DNA of 64,000 nt from a virus. Its lineage: Duplodnaviria; Caudoviricetes. This document shows positions 38,701-47,951 of the stretch, piece after piece (the stretch's first letter is position 1; each line of letters starts with the position of its first letter). Location of the stretch: the IMG/VR virus record IMGVR_UViG_3300027749_000069, positions 30,383-94,382 of that record. The stretch is one strand, 5' to 3'. The translations under genes were made by a program, and so were the position numbers. The notes under the pieces were generated by a model, which was not told the origin of the DNA, ran no database searches, and saw nothing but the letters and a program-made list of their open reading frames with translations.

Positions 38701-41473
38701 TAACGATTATCCATTTTATGATTATTCTTCACCAAACCCTTCATTATATTCAGGATCAACTAATGGAACATATAACACAAGAAATAGAAAAAATACAGAT
38801 GACGGAGTTAAATATTGGACATCATATATTGACAACTCAAAATTATACACAGATAGTACATATTTTACATTATTACCGTGCGATGGAGATAACACACAAA
38901 ATTATTTAAATACATATAATGATTATTCAAAAGGAGAACAATCTAATTTTAGAATAATTTGGTCAGATGAACACGTGACCGATACTTTTTCAGATAAAAC
39001 ATTTAACACACCTAATCAATATATAAGAAATTCATCAAACAATTATTCAATTGGTAATAACAATAAAAAAGTTATAGATTTAATTGCAACATTTAGTCCC
39101 GATATCTTAAGTATGTTTGAATCGTATTTTATTGAATTTGCAACAGAAAGAGAGAATGTTGAAATTGAAAGAAAGATATTCCCAAACATTAACCACGATA
39201 AATTTCAAAATTTATTAAAGTCAATAGTAACAATTGATAAAACTAAAATCACAGGGTCCGATATTAATAGTATCATTTCTGGAATAACTTTAAACCAAAT
39301 TACAAATTTACAGACTATTACTGGAGAAATGTTAAAAGATAATAATTTAATTAAAATCACATTAGGAAATCCTAAAGAAATTAATTCACATGTTTGGGAC
39401 GGATTTTCTAAATTTTCAACAAGTAATACATTTACATATAAAGAATATAACCCTTCACAATATACGGATAATTTCAAATACATTACATTATATATTGGTG
39501 AAGAACCAGTATTTAATTGTTATAAACAATTTTTCACAGTAAATAATATTGAATTAAGTGAAGAAAATGTTTTACAATTTAGACCTTTAATTATGATTTT
39601 TGCTGGATGGTTAAAATGGAAAGGTTTATCATATACCCCATCAAAGGTTGACTTCCAATCGTATGTCGCGACAAATGTCTTATCAAAGGCTGAAGATAGA
39701 TTAACAATATACTTAACACAAATTTTAAGGAAAATAAATTCCAAAGAATTTACATCTGATATACCATCAAACAATAAATTAACACCATCAAGTGGTTATA
39801 ATGATGCATTATTAAAAGTTGAATTATATAATCATTTTAAGTCATTTAATGATAAATGGGTGGCAGGAAATTCAATCGGACAACGAGGACTATTAGAAGA
39901 ATTTTTATTTTTAGATAAGGCGAATAAAGATATTGGAAGTTTGGCATACCTTAGTTTAGATAAATTAATAGCGTTAGAAGACCCAAAAAATGATAATGCA
40001 GATTTATACAGTGTAATTAGTATGCTACTATCAGGTACTGGATTTGATATGAGAGCTTTACCGGCATATGTAAATTTTTACGGAACTAACTTCACAAATA
40101 AATCTAAAGTAACTTCATCAAAACAAGTTGCCAAAAATATATTTGGAACTTTTTTAGAAGTGGATTATCAGGAATCTTCACCAAAGATAGTTGTCCAATA
40201 TACAGGACCAACATCCAAACATTTAGAACTGTCAGATATTAGTTCGGATTATAAGTATAAAAACGATAGTGGTAATTTATTTGATGGACGTGGTGGACCT
40301 TTAACTATAACAATACCCGACGTATTTGCCACAGGAGATTTAGCTAAATCAAATAAAGTGGTTGCTTTTGAAGTTAGCGTTGGAGACCAAAACCAAGGAA
40401 TATTCAAAGGAGTTAGACTTGACCAAACATCAATTAGAAATACAAGTGAATCGTTTTCAGTTCTTGAAAATATGGGACGTTCTGAAAGTGGAGCGGGAAC
40501 ATATAATGTAGATATTGGATTATTTGATATCTATAGGCAAGCATCATATAGTTGTGAAGTTTCGTGTATGGGGAATGTTATGATTCAACCGACAATGTTC
40601 TTTTATTTAAAAAACATACCAATGTTTAGGGGGTCATATTGGATAACGGAAGTTTCACATAATATCCAAGGAAATAAAATTAACACAACATTTAAAGGGT
40701 CTAGAATTCCATATGCATCATTACCTGACCCTAAGGATTCCTTCTTCTCAAGTTATAGGGTGTATTTTGATAAATTAACAAATGAGGCGGTTGCTAAAGT
40801 AAAACAAGAGTCAGAATTAGGAACAACAAACGAAACACAATTAATTGTACAAAACAAACGTTCTGTGACAATTGATATGGGACCAAAAGAGAAACATATT
40901 AATGGAGAAACCATAGTAGGAAAATCATTGGTTACTGGTTATGGTATACCTTTTAACGGTTACGAAGGTGAAAAGTACATACAACTTGTTGATAATAAAG
41001 GAAAATGGTTAAGAGCAATTGCGGTGGAAATGGGAAGTATTAAAAACAACCCATTAACTGATGACACGCAAATGCAAATATTAAAAGATGTTGATAAATG
41101 GGGAGATAAAGATGGTCAGTTTTTAACCATAGATTCGTCATTATTAACGTGGAAATTACTTAAAGAAGCTTCAAACAAAAGATATTTTTACGCTACTAAA
41201 TTTTTATCAAAAACAGTTGCGAACGCTAACCACATTATATCAACAAAAACTGTATTTAAAAACCCTAAAGGTGGAAATCCAATAACAGTATTACCAATAA
41301 CGGCACCATTAAATGGTAAAATGACACTTGATAATGTAACCGGCCCAATTAGTGTTGGTCCATCAGAGGCGGGTTATGGTATTGCATTATCTAAAAAATT
41401 AATGAGGGATTTAGGTTTAAAAGATGGAGATGTGGTATATTTTAGAGATGATTACGCCGATATATACAAATAA
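35750..41473 (+). CDS. Very large baseplate hub protein (gp27/VgrG-like core) with a C-terminal double-psi barrel-like domain
   Basis: FFHLPWPIYYLTIKGYYG; YSCEVSCMGNVMIQP...GSYWITEVSHNI...TTFKG; C-terminal GIALSKKLMRDLGLKDGDVVYF. Confidence 0.6.
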   Translation: MANNNLNGSENILVKVDENNLIYIDPNSIVNGNTVEPRGVSPENYVMYVNLEADLVPRSILTATGDQKLSGTLLSIAKGTLNFLKNQKGQDYDTSWTESFVPQESKDQNGNTILNADQFHDASGQSFGIDSMNISIKGANFIPQITINFIDVRGKTLFESPKDSPYKAFFHLPWPIYYLTIKGYYGKAIRYRLHMTKFTSRYNETNGNFDITTTFVGSTYAYMNDIPLSGMLNAPYMYYIESDSKLNFNPQTGTYEKKIKKSSKGYSILKTVYDEYKTKGLIPKDFPVKTLREVIAIAKTLDKILEREIFDQVVDFRLFSGIKEFEKKIVEFESSIKAWADRYLTNEIVTPFTDNPTVDYFVLKGNEKERSSLTNITGTTKNESGSLELLISNYQNALKETKIFSTELIKKEANIDVDFNNVPYSIRKIDQYYRKKDSNYVIAKNLIIDDIHKIQTSFVKERDKLQSKVEEKMNTIIKNKTLGIGFDPTIRNIFAVILANADVYIRLLKDVHKSAFDASEDRKKVLLGLSDETPSNDNIYPWPEVKKQTGTDKRKVIAYPGDFDLLKKLKSDDKNKWPEVDFVENYVGVSTKRIDTLVEKEGGVGNINFIFESNEDDDNYTPTSNLLNLSVGSPYNDKSPSNIFYEIYERAKITTLLDTFSDPNTLLELANIEFGNLKYSFNEDYDLVNLIKGLKTLDTLKNYLSLYSPVERYPYYKDQLPTVSYIKDLSENSFNINQLSSSETKNDKLSIFPNLKKSLEDYKVEDYRKNIYPFNSTEYLGYLYKTSFDDSLKFTNLFHIDTKSGFICTPIEPKSWVKVGYDSNLFTQKLTVGNSDVNILNTPYFHKQLFNDYTNTKSAGKYISSAYLLLNSLPFKDLEDTLIFSGSSVNMASMFKEVGATHYVPYHLILKWGSIYHRYKKYLIDDTDILLGITNTINGKEFFDSYTSTTTGTTFNINGTNISYSGHTNIGIHPHYENTFHIIVNDYPFYDYSSPNPSLYSGSTNGTYNTRNRKNTDDGVKYWTSYIDNSKLYTDSTYFTLLPCDGDNTQNYLNTYNDYSKGEQSNFRIIWSDEHVTDTFSDKTFNTPNQYIRNSSNNYSIGNNNKKVIDLIATFSPDILSMFESYFIEFATERENVEIERKIFPNINHDKFQNLLKSIVTIDKTKITGSDINSIISGITLNQITNLQTITGEMLKDNNLIKITLGNPKEINSHVWDGFSKFSTSNTFTYKEYNPSQYTDNFKYITLYIGEEPVFNCYKQFFTVNNIELSEENVLQFRPLIMIFAGWLKWKGLSYTPSKVDFQSYVATNVLSKAEDRLTIYLTQILRKINSKEFTSDIPSNNKLTPSSGYNDALLKVELYNHFKSFNDKWVAGNSIGQRGLLEEFLFLDKANKDIGSLAYLSLDKLIALEDPKNDNADLYSVISMLLSGTGFDMRALPAYVNFYGTNFTNKSKVTSSKQVAKNIFGTFLEVDYQESSPKIVVQYTGPTSKHLELSDISSDYKYKNDSGNLFDGRGGPLTITIPDVFATGDLAKSNKVVAFEVSVGDQNQGIFKGVRLDQTSIRNTSESFSVLENMGRSESGAGTYNVDIGLFDIYRQASYSCEVSCMGNVMIQPTMFFYLKNIPMFRGSYWITEVSHNIQGNKINTTFKGSRIPYASLPDPKDSFFSSYRVYFDKLTNEAVAKVKQESELGTTNETQLIVQNKRSVTIDMGPKEKHINGETIVGKSLVTGYGIPFNGYEGEKYIQLVDNKGKWLRAIAVEMGSIKNNPLTDDTQMQILKDVDKWGDKDGQFLTIDSSLLTWKLLKEASNKRYFYATKFLSKTVANANHIISTKTVFKNPKGGNPITVLPITAPLNGKMTLDNVTGPISVGPSEAGYGIALSKKLMRDLGLKDGDVVYFRDDYADIYK

Positions 41474-41521
41474 TTGAATAATAACAATATTTAGGATATT
41501 TATATTAATAAAAGAAATATT

Positions 41522-41725
41522 ATGGAAAATAATAGATTAAATAACACAGTAGATCAGTTCTTAACTCCAAAGAATGTTAAGAGAGTATCTCAAGACGGAA
41601 TGGAAAGAGAAGAATGTGATTTGGTAACAGGAGAATGTTATACAATCAGAGAAAAAGACGGAATAGTTGAAAGAATAAATAAAAAATACGTTACAAACGA
41701 CGGTAGACAATTATTACAAGATTAA
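41522..41725 (+). CDS. Small hypothetical late protein
   Basis: 67 aa; late box at 41497. Confidence 0.6.
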   Translation: MENNRLNNTVDQFLTPKNVKRVSQDGMEREECDLVTGECYTIREKDGIVERINKKYVTNDGRQLLQD

Positions 41726-41729
41726 AGCC

Positions 41730-42371
41730 ATGTTAGAGAAAAAATTACAAGAAGAATTAAATCGTTACAATGCCATTAACAAATATGGTAAAACGATGAT
41801 AATCGAGCAAGATGCACCTACTGATGCTGCTCCTGAATTACCTCCGGCAGGTCCTACAGACCCAGCGGCAGCACCTACAGATGATGCAACAGTACCTATG
41901 GACGCCGCAGCACCATTAGACGCAGCGGCACCCGCACCTGAAATGGATAGTACGGAAGAAATTGACATTACAGACTTAGTTGACATGACTAAAAGTATAA
42001 AGAAAGATTTAGAAGATAAACAACAAGACCATGGTGCTATTGTTAGTAAAATGGATGACGTGTTTACTAAATTAGGTGATTTAGAACAAAAACTTGCTCA
42101 AATGGACCAAGTTATGGTTAAGATTGACCAATTAGGTGTTGAGGTTCAACAAATGAAACCTGAAACTCCTGTTGAGAAATTAGAAATGCGTTCTTTAGAT
42201 TCATATCCATTTAATGAAAAACCGGCTGAATTTTTTGACCACAAACAAGGTGAAATGAGAGCTAGCGGAAAAAATGAGTATGTTTTAACTAAGGACGACG
42301 TTGAAAATTACAACCCAACAATAAAAGCATCATTTAACCCAGAAGAAGAAACAGATGAATATAGCTACTAA
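41730..42371 (+). CDS. Acidic prohead core/scaffold-like protein
   Basis: LQEELNRYNAI...IIEQ followed by a low-complexity A/P/D linker and a coiled coil. Confidence 0.5.
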   Translation: MLEKKLQEELNRYNAINKYGKTMIIEQDAPTDAAPELPPAGPTDPAAAPTDDATVPMDAAAPLDAAAPAPEMDSTEEIDITDLVDMTKSIKKDLEDKQQDHGAIVSKMDDVFTKLGDLEQKLAQMDQVMVKIDQLGVEVQQMKPETPVEKLEMRSLDSYPFNEKPAEFFDHKQGEMRASGKNEYVLTKDDVENYNPTIKASFNPEEETDEYSY

Positions 42372-42726
42372 AGTAAAGTTCCTTTTAGAGGTTCAAGTAC
42401 AATTTAAAATTAACCATTGGCAAACTAAAGAGTTTGCAAGACATAATGCATTTGGTGGAATATATGATGCGTTGGGAGATTTAATTGATAGGTTTGTTGA
42501 AGAAGCAATGGGAAAGTATGGTCGTTTTAAATTAGATGAGGAAAGTAGAACTATTAATTTACAAAATTTAGAAGAACTTGACCTTAAAGGAATGTTAAAA
42601 ACCACTAAAGATGCTTTAATTCAATTTACAGAAGAATTTGAACCTACAGATACAAATCTTATGAATATTAGAGATGAAATCTTAGGTGAAGTAAATAAAC
42701 TACAATATTTATTGACATTAGAGTAG
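42355..42726 (+). CDS. Ferritin/Dps-like four-helix bundle protein (DUF5856-like)
   Basis: HWQT..FARH.A....YD.L..LID.FVE..MGKYGR and NIRDEILGEVNKLQYLLTLE. Confidence 0.75.
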   Translation: MNIATKVKFLLEVQVQFKINHWQTKEFARHNAFGGIYDALGDLIDRFVEEAMGKYGRFKLDEESRTINLQNLEELDLKGMLKTTKDALIQFTEEFEPTDTNLMNIRDEILGEVNKLQYLLTLE

Positions 42727-42804
42727 TATATTATTAAAAATACAACTCTAATTTACCTTATTTAATAAACCTTTGATATTTATATAAAAATATTAGACGT
42801 TTAT

Positions 42805-43485
42805 ATGCAAAATAGCCCTTCATCAAATTCCGCATTTCAGTCAACACGTGACAATTTAACGTATGTAAATAATGTTGTAACAGGTTGTACGTCTAGAGGT
42901 GAATATGTTGCATTTATTGATGCAAGATATATGGACCAAGATGTGGTCAATGACCTATTATTATTAGGTTATAGAGTTACAAATTTAACAAATGATATAG
43001 GTACATTTATTACCTATAAAATTGAATGGTCAAGTGCATATGTACCACCAACACCAACACCTACCCCAACACCAACTAACACACCTACCCCAAGTGTCAC
43101 ACCAACTAACACACCTACCCCAAGTGTCACACCAACTAACACACCAAGTGTCACACCAACCAATACAACAACACCGACTCGTACACCAACACCAACACCT
43201 TCCGCGGCAGTCATATCATCACACGCATACACATATGTTATTAGTGCAACTGATTTAGCCAATGCAACGGGAAACACAGACACAACACATAATAATGCTG
43301 TATTTGCAACCACTACTGATGATGGTTCAGGAACTCCAGCGTCAAGAAAGTTCACTTCTGCAGGTGCATATAATCATTGGATTTGTTCATTAACTAGTAT
43401 CACACCAACATTTGGTTACTATAAAAATAACGTATTAGTTACCACAGGATTAGTGAGTACACAAACTGATATTGGTGCTTGTTAA
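42805..43485 (+). CDS. Virion decoration/fibre-like protein: anchor domain, Pro-Thr stalk and distal domain
   Basis: About 55-aa (PT/PS/TN) repeat in the middle; N-terminal domain paralogous to the next gene; late box at 42777. Confidence 0.6.
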   Translation: MQNSPSSNSAFQSTRDNLTYVNNVVTGCTSRGEYVAFIDARYMDQDVVNDLLLLGYRVTNLTNDIGTFITYKIEWSSAYVPPTPTPTPTPTNTPTPSVTPTNTPTPSVTPTNTPSVTPTNTTTPTRTPTPTPSAAVISSHAYTYVISATDLANATGNTDTTHNNAVFATTTDDGSGTPASRKFTSAGAYNHWICSLTSITPTFGYYKNNVLVTTGLVSTQTDIGAC

Positions 43486-43519
43486 TAAAAATTTTAAAAA
43501 TAAAAAAATAATATAGATT

Positions 43520-44461
43520 ATGATAACAGCAACAGTAGCAAAGGAAAGTTCGGATTTAACAAGACAAAACCTGTCTTATATTAATACATTAATAAGTGAC
43601 GCAGTTAATCAAGGGTTAAATTATATCGTTGTTGAAGGTAAAAATATGGACGACAATATGTTAAAAGATATAGTTGATAATTACAACTATAAAGCTTTTA
43701 AAAGATACCCTGAAGATATGGGTACATATTATAGTTATATGATTGATTGGAAAACTGAAGACATTGAAGCATATTTCCCAAATTATATTTTGGAATATGA
43801 TTTTGCTAACCCAAGTTCGTACCCAACATCTGGATCAACGGTATATGATTTAATGGGACATAGTAACGGTACATTAGGAGGTTCACCAACATTTAACACA
43901 CAATATGGTGGAACATTATCATTTAATAGTACATCTTCACAATATATCATAAATAACGATAATTTAGCTCAATATTTTGCAGGAACCGCACCAAATAAAT
44001 CAACAAGTTTTAGTGTTGTAATGTCAATTAATGCATCCAATAATGGTATTCTTTTAAAAGAAACCAGTCAAGCTGGGTGGCATAATTCGGTAATAGAAAT
44101 TGTATCGGGCACAACTAAGTTTAGTTTATGGGATTCCTCATTAAAAACAATTTCTTCTTCAGTTGCAACACCTTTTAACACTTGGCATCATATTGTTATG
44201 ACGTATGATGGTACAACAATGAAAGGATATGTTAATGGACAATTGGCAGGGTCAAGAGCAATTACGAGAACTGAACCATATAACAATCAACCAACACCAG
44301 CTGCAATATATTATGCAATCGGTCAATCTGAATCAACAAACGCGGGTGATGGAACATACGGTGATTTTACATTAAGTAGATTTGAATTTTTAGATGGAGC
44401 ATTATCAGGAACTGAGGTCGGTAGTAAATATGATTTCCATAAAAATAGATTTGGATTATAA
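43520..44461 (+). CDS. LamG/ConA-like lectin domain protein with the same N-terminal anchor domain
   Basis: YDFANPSSYP.SG.TVYDL, FNTWHHIVMTYDGTTMKGYVNG, ALSGTEV...Y...KNRFGL. Confidence 0.8.
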   Translation: MITATVAKESSDLTRQNLSYINTLISDAVNQGLNYIVVEGKNMDDNMLKDIVDNYNYKAFKRYPEDMGTYYSYMIDWKTEDIEAYFPNYILEYDFANPSSYPTSGSTVYDLMGHSNGTLGGSPTFNTQYGGTLSFNSTSSQYIINNDNLAQYFAGTAPNKSTSFSVVMSINASNNGILLKETSQAGWHNSVIEIVSGTTKFSLWDSSLKTISSSVATPFNTWHHIVMTYDGTTMKGYVNGQLAGSRAITRTEPYNNQPTPAAIYYAIGQSESTNAGDGTYGDFTLSRFEFLDGALSGTEVGSKYDFHKNRFGL

Positions 44462-44487
44462 GGTAAAAAATACTTTTAAAATAATTC

Positions 44488-44516
44488 AACCCAGATTTCA
44501 CAGTCTGGGTTTTTTT
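44488..44516 (+). terminator. Rho-independent terminator
   Basis: AACCCAGA-TTTCACAG-TCTGGGTT plus T run. Confidence 0.8.
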
Positions 44517-44563
44517 ATGTATATTATAACATAAATGATTATTAAAATTTAAATCAAAATCAC

Positions 44564-45406
44564 ATGTCTACATTTGACGCAGTACTAGCACAGTACGAGA
44601 AAAACAAAAACGCCACAAGTGGCAACAACAACAAAATGTCCTCAGAGGACAGAATGAAACGTTATTTCACAACCGTATTACCTAAGGGTTCTAAGGGTGA
44701 AGAAAGACGTATTCGTATTTTACCAACAAAAGACGGTTCTTCTCCGTTTGTTGAGGTTTACTTCCACGAAATTCAAGTGGACGGAAAATGGGTTAAATTA
44801 TATGACCCAAAACAAGAAGGAAAACGTTCACCATTAAACGAGGTTAATGAAGCGTTAATGGGTACAGGTGTTGAGGCTGATAGAGAGGCTGCACGTCAAT
44901 ATCGTTCTCGTAAATTCTATATCGTTAAAGTTATAGATAGAGACCACGAATCAGACGGAGTTAAATTTTGGAGATTTAAACACAACCATAAAGGTGATGG
45001 TGTTATCGACAAAGTATTCCCAATCTTCCGTAATAAAGGTGATGTTACCGATTCTCAAAAAGGTCGTGACTTAATCTTGTCTTTAACTTTAACAAAGGCG
45101 GGTACAGGAAAAGAGTACACTGTTATTAATTCAGTATTAAATGATGACCCAAGTCCATTACATACTGACGCTGACGTTGCAAAAACGTGGTTAGAAGATG
45201 AATTAACTTGGTCTGATGTTTACTCTAAAAAGGGTGAAGATTATTTGGAAATGGTTGCGAGAGGTGAGGTTCCACGTTGGGACACCGCAAGTAGCAAATG
45301 GGTTTCTAATTTGACAACAGAAGAAACTATCGGAGCACCGAAATCTTCTACTCCTGTGGTTGACCCACAAGATGACGCTGAAGTGGATGGTGACTTACCG
45401 TTCTAA
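44564..45406 (+). CDS. Single-stranded DNA-binding protein (gp32-like)
   Basis: RIRILP...SPF..V.FH, GVKFWRF, GRDLIL, acidic tail ending DGDLPF; first gene of the replication cluster. Confidence 0.8.
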   Translation: MSTFDAVLAQYEKNKNATSGNNNKMSSEDRMKRYFTTVLPKGSKGEERRIRILPTKDGSSPFVEVYFHEIQVDGKWVKLYDPKQEGKRSPLNEVNEALMGTGVEADREAARQYRSRKFYIVKVIDRDHESDGVKFWRFKHNHKGDGVIDKVFPIFRNKGDVTDSQKGRDLILSLTLTKAGTGKEYTVINSVLNDDPSPLHTDADVAKTWLEDELTWSDVYSKKGEDYLEMVARGEVPRWDTASSKWVSNLTTEETIGAPKSSTPVVDPQDDAEVDGDLPF

Positions 45407-45412
45407 TTATTT

Positions 45413-45443
45413 AATGGGGTGGTGAAATATCCACCCCATTTTT
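45413..45443 (+). terminator. Rho-independent terminator/attenuator between ssb and recA
   Basis: AATGGGGTGG-TGAAATAT-CCACCCCATT plus TTT. Confidence 0.75.
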
Positions 45444-45455
45444 AAAAACAAAAAC

Positions 45456-46436
45456 ATGGCAGGTATTAAAAAAACAGATTTTTCGGCAATCAAAAAGAAA
45501 TTCTCAAAAGAGGCCGAATATAAACCAGACCGTTTCTTTGATTTAGGAGATGCTTTCTTGGATGCTTGTGGTATTCCAGGTCCTGCAATGGGACACATCA
45601 ATATGTTATTAGGACATAGTGATACGGGTAAAACTACGGCATTAGTAAAGGCGGCTGTGGATGCACAAAAGAAAGGAGTTGTTCCTGTATTTGTCATCAC
45701 AGAACAAAAATGGAGTTGGGACCACGCCGAATTAATGGGGTTCAATAAAGACGGAGACTACCTTTTTAATAGTGATTTTGAGTATATTGAGCAAATTACA
45801 GAATATATAAATGAACTATTAGATGCACAAGAAAAAGGAGATTTACCTCACGATTTATTAATCCTTTGGGATTCGGTTGGTTCAGTTCCATGCAAGATGA
45901 CTTATGATGGTAAAGGTGGTAAACAACACAATGCGTCGGTATTAGCTGACAAAATTGGAATGGGTATCAATCAACGTATCTCAGGGTCAAGAAGGACAGA
46001 TAAACCTTATACGAACACATTAATCATTGTTAACCAACCTTGGGTAGAATTACCTGACAATCCTTTTGGACAACCAAAGATTAAAGCAAAAGGTGGAGAA
46101 GCAATATGGTTAAACTCAAGTATCGTATTCTTATTTGGTAATCAAAAAGGAGCGGGAACAACTAAAATCTCAATCACTAAAGATAAGAGAAAAGTTAAAA
46201 TAGCAACAAGAACAAAAATCTCAATTATGAAAAACCACATCAATGGTTTAGGATATGAAGATGGACGTATCTTGGTTACATCACACGGATTTATGGCTGG
46301 ACGAGAGGAAGGTGAAGAAAAGAAATCTCTTGAAGAGTACAAAAAAGAAAGTGGTGATTACATCAGTAAGATGTTAGGTGTTAGTGTTACAGACATCGCG
46401 GACGTGGAAGTTGTAACAGAAGAAAGTGATTTATAA
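45456..46436 (+). CDS. uvsX: RecA/UvsX recombinase
   Basis: Walker A GHSDTGKT, ITEQK, ILWDSVG, IIVNQ, KAKGGEA, KNH. Confidence 0.88.
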   Translation: MAGIKKTDFSAIKKKFSKEAEYKPDRFFDLGDAFLDACGIPGPAMGHINMLLGHSDTGKTTALVKAAVDAQKKGVVPVFVITEQKWSWDHAELMGFNKDGDYLFNSDFEYIEQITEYINELLDAQEKGDLPHDLLILWDSVGSVPCKMTYDGKGGKQHNASVLADKIGMGINQRISGSRRTDKPYTNTLIIVNQPWVELPDNPFGQPKIKAKGGEAIWLNSSIVFLFGNQKGAGTTKISITKDKRKVKIATRTKISIMKNHINGLGYEDGRILVTSHGFMAGREEGEEKKSLEEYKKESGDYISKMLGVSVTDIADVEVVTEESDL

Positions 46437-46446
46437 ATTATTTTAA

Positions 46447-47475
46447 ATGTCGGTTTTACTTGTTGATGGAGACAATCTACTCACAATTGGTTTTTACGGT
46501 GTCAAAAACGCCTTTCATAAGGGACAACATGTTGGGGGAATATATCATTTTCTTAATACTCTTAGGAGAGCGTTTGAGTACTACCATTTAGATAAGATTG
46601 TAGTATTTTGGGATGGACACGAAGGTTCACAAAACCGAAAGAAAATCTATATTCATTACAAGGAAAACCGACGTTCAAGATTAAGGTCAGAAGAAGAATT
46701 ACAATCTTATTTAAGTCAAAGAGATAGGGTTAAACAATATCTTGAGGAATTATATGTAAGACAGGGTGAATATGAGTTTTGTGAGACAGATGATAACATT
46801 GCTTATTACACACAAAACTCACCAGACGAAAATAAAATAATTTATTCTTCAGACGGAGACCTCACCCAATTGGTTTCAGAAAACACACAAATTTACAATC
46901 CGTCTCACGGAAAGTTATACAAACAAAATGATACGATAGTTTATGACAAAGAAGACATCTTAATTGAAAACGTTAGGTTGGTTAAGATGATATGTGGTGA
47001 CTCGTCAGACAACATTGCAGGAATTAAAGGAATGGGTGTTAAAAGATTTCTATCTTTTTTCCCTGAACTTAGAACCGAATCAATCTCAGTTCAACAAGTT
47101 AAAGAAAGGAGTGAACTTCTTTTTGAACAAGACAAACACAATAAATTAATTACAAATTTACTAACAGGTGTTACTAAACACGGAGTATTTGGGGAAGAGT
47201 TCTTTGACGTAAACAATCGTATCGTGAGTTTGGATGAACCTTTTTTAAGTGATGAGGCGAGAGAAAATATTGACCTTCTAATAAACGAGTCATTAGACCA
47301 AGAAGGAAGATCTTATAAAAACGCAATGAAAATGATGATGGACGATGGGTTGTTCAATATGTTACCAAAATCGGATGACGCATGGACAAAGTTCTTAAAT
47401 CCATTTTTACGTTTAACAAGAAAAGAAAAAAATAAAATAAAAACAAAAACAATTAAAGTAAAAACCAATGAGTAG
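46447..47475 (+). CDS. 5'-3' exonuclease/flap endonuclease (T4 RNase H / PolI N-terminal-like)
   Basis: LLVDGDNL, VFWDG, YKENR, ETDDNIA, SSDGDLTQL, GDSSDNIAGIKGMG. Confidence 0.92.
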   Translation: MSVLLVDGDNLLTIGFYGVKNAFHKGQHVGGIYHFLNTLRRAFEYYHLDKIVVFWDGHEGSQNRKKIYIHYKENRRSRLRSEEELQSYLSQRDRVKQYLEELYVRQGEYEFCETDDNIAYYTQNSPDENKIIYSSDGDLTQLVSENTQIYNPSHGKLYKQNDTIVYDKEDILIENVRLVKMICGDSSDNIAGIKGMGVKRFLSFFPELRTESISVQQVKERSELLFEQDKHNKLITNLLTGVTKHGVFGEEFFDVNNRIVSLDEPFLSDEARENIDLLINESLDQEGRSYKNAMKMMMDDGLFNMLPKSDDAWTKFLNPFLRLTRKEKNKIKTKTIKVKTNE

Positions 47476-47926
47476 AGATTACCAAAACCAAGACAATATT
47501 ACGAAATTTGAATTTCTTTTGTCTTTAGAAGGACACATTGTGTGTCAGAGATTTTTTAATGTGAGAGACCACGTAGACCAAGCGAGATGTTCAATGGACC
47601 TTCACTATTATATAAAAAATATTTGTGAAGATATTTCACACGATTTGAAAATAAAAAGTTCCAACTACCTATGTGAGAATCAAAACTATATCCTCAATAT
47701 GGACTCTGTGGAAAGTGATGAAACCAAAGAAAAAGAACATTTTTTAATGGAAATTAAGTTGGGGGACGATGTATTTATTCAAAGGATATTCCCCGCATAT
47801 CATTACCATCCAAAGGTGAGATATACGGTAGACATTCGTCCGAGATTGAAAACAATTTTGTCAGATTTAACTGACATTTTATCAACCGAAGAATTAGAGA
47901 CGAAATATCTACAACACGAGCTATAA
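47468..47926 (+). CDS. Hypothetical protein in the replication cluster
   Basis: 152 aa, overlaps the exonuclease stop; IVCQRFFNV, YHPKVRYTVDIR. Confidence 0.6.
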   Translation: MSRDYQNQDNITKFEFLLSLEGHIVCQRFFNVRDHVDQARCSMDLHYYIKNICEDISHDLKIKSSNYLCENQNYILNMDSVESDETKEKEHFLMEIKLGDDVFIQRIFPAYHYHPKVRYTVDIRPRLKTILSDLTDILSTEELETKYLQHEL

Positions 47927-47951
47927 TTTAAAACATATATAAAAACAAAAC

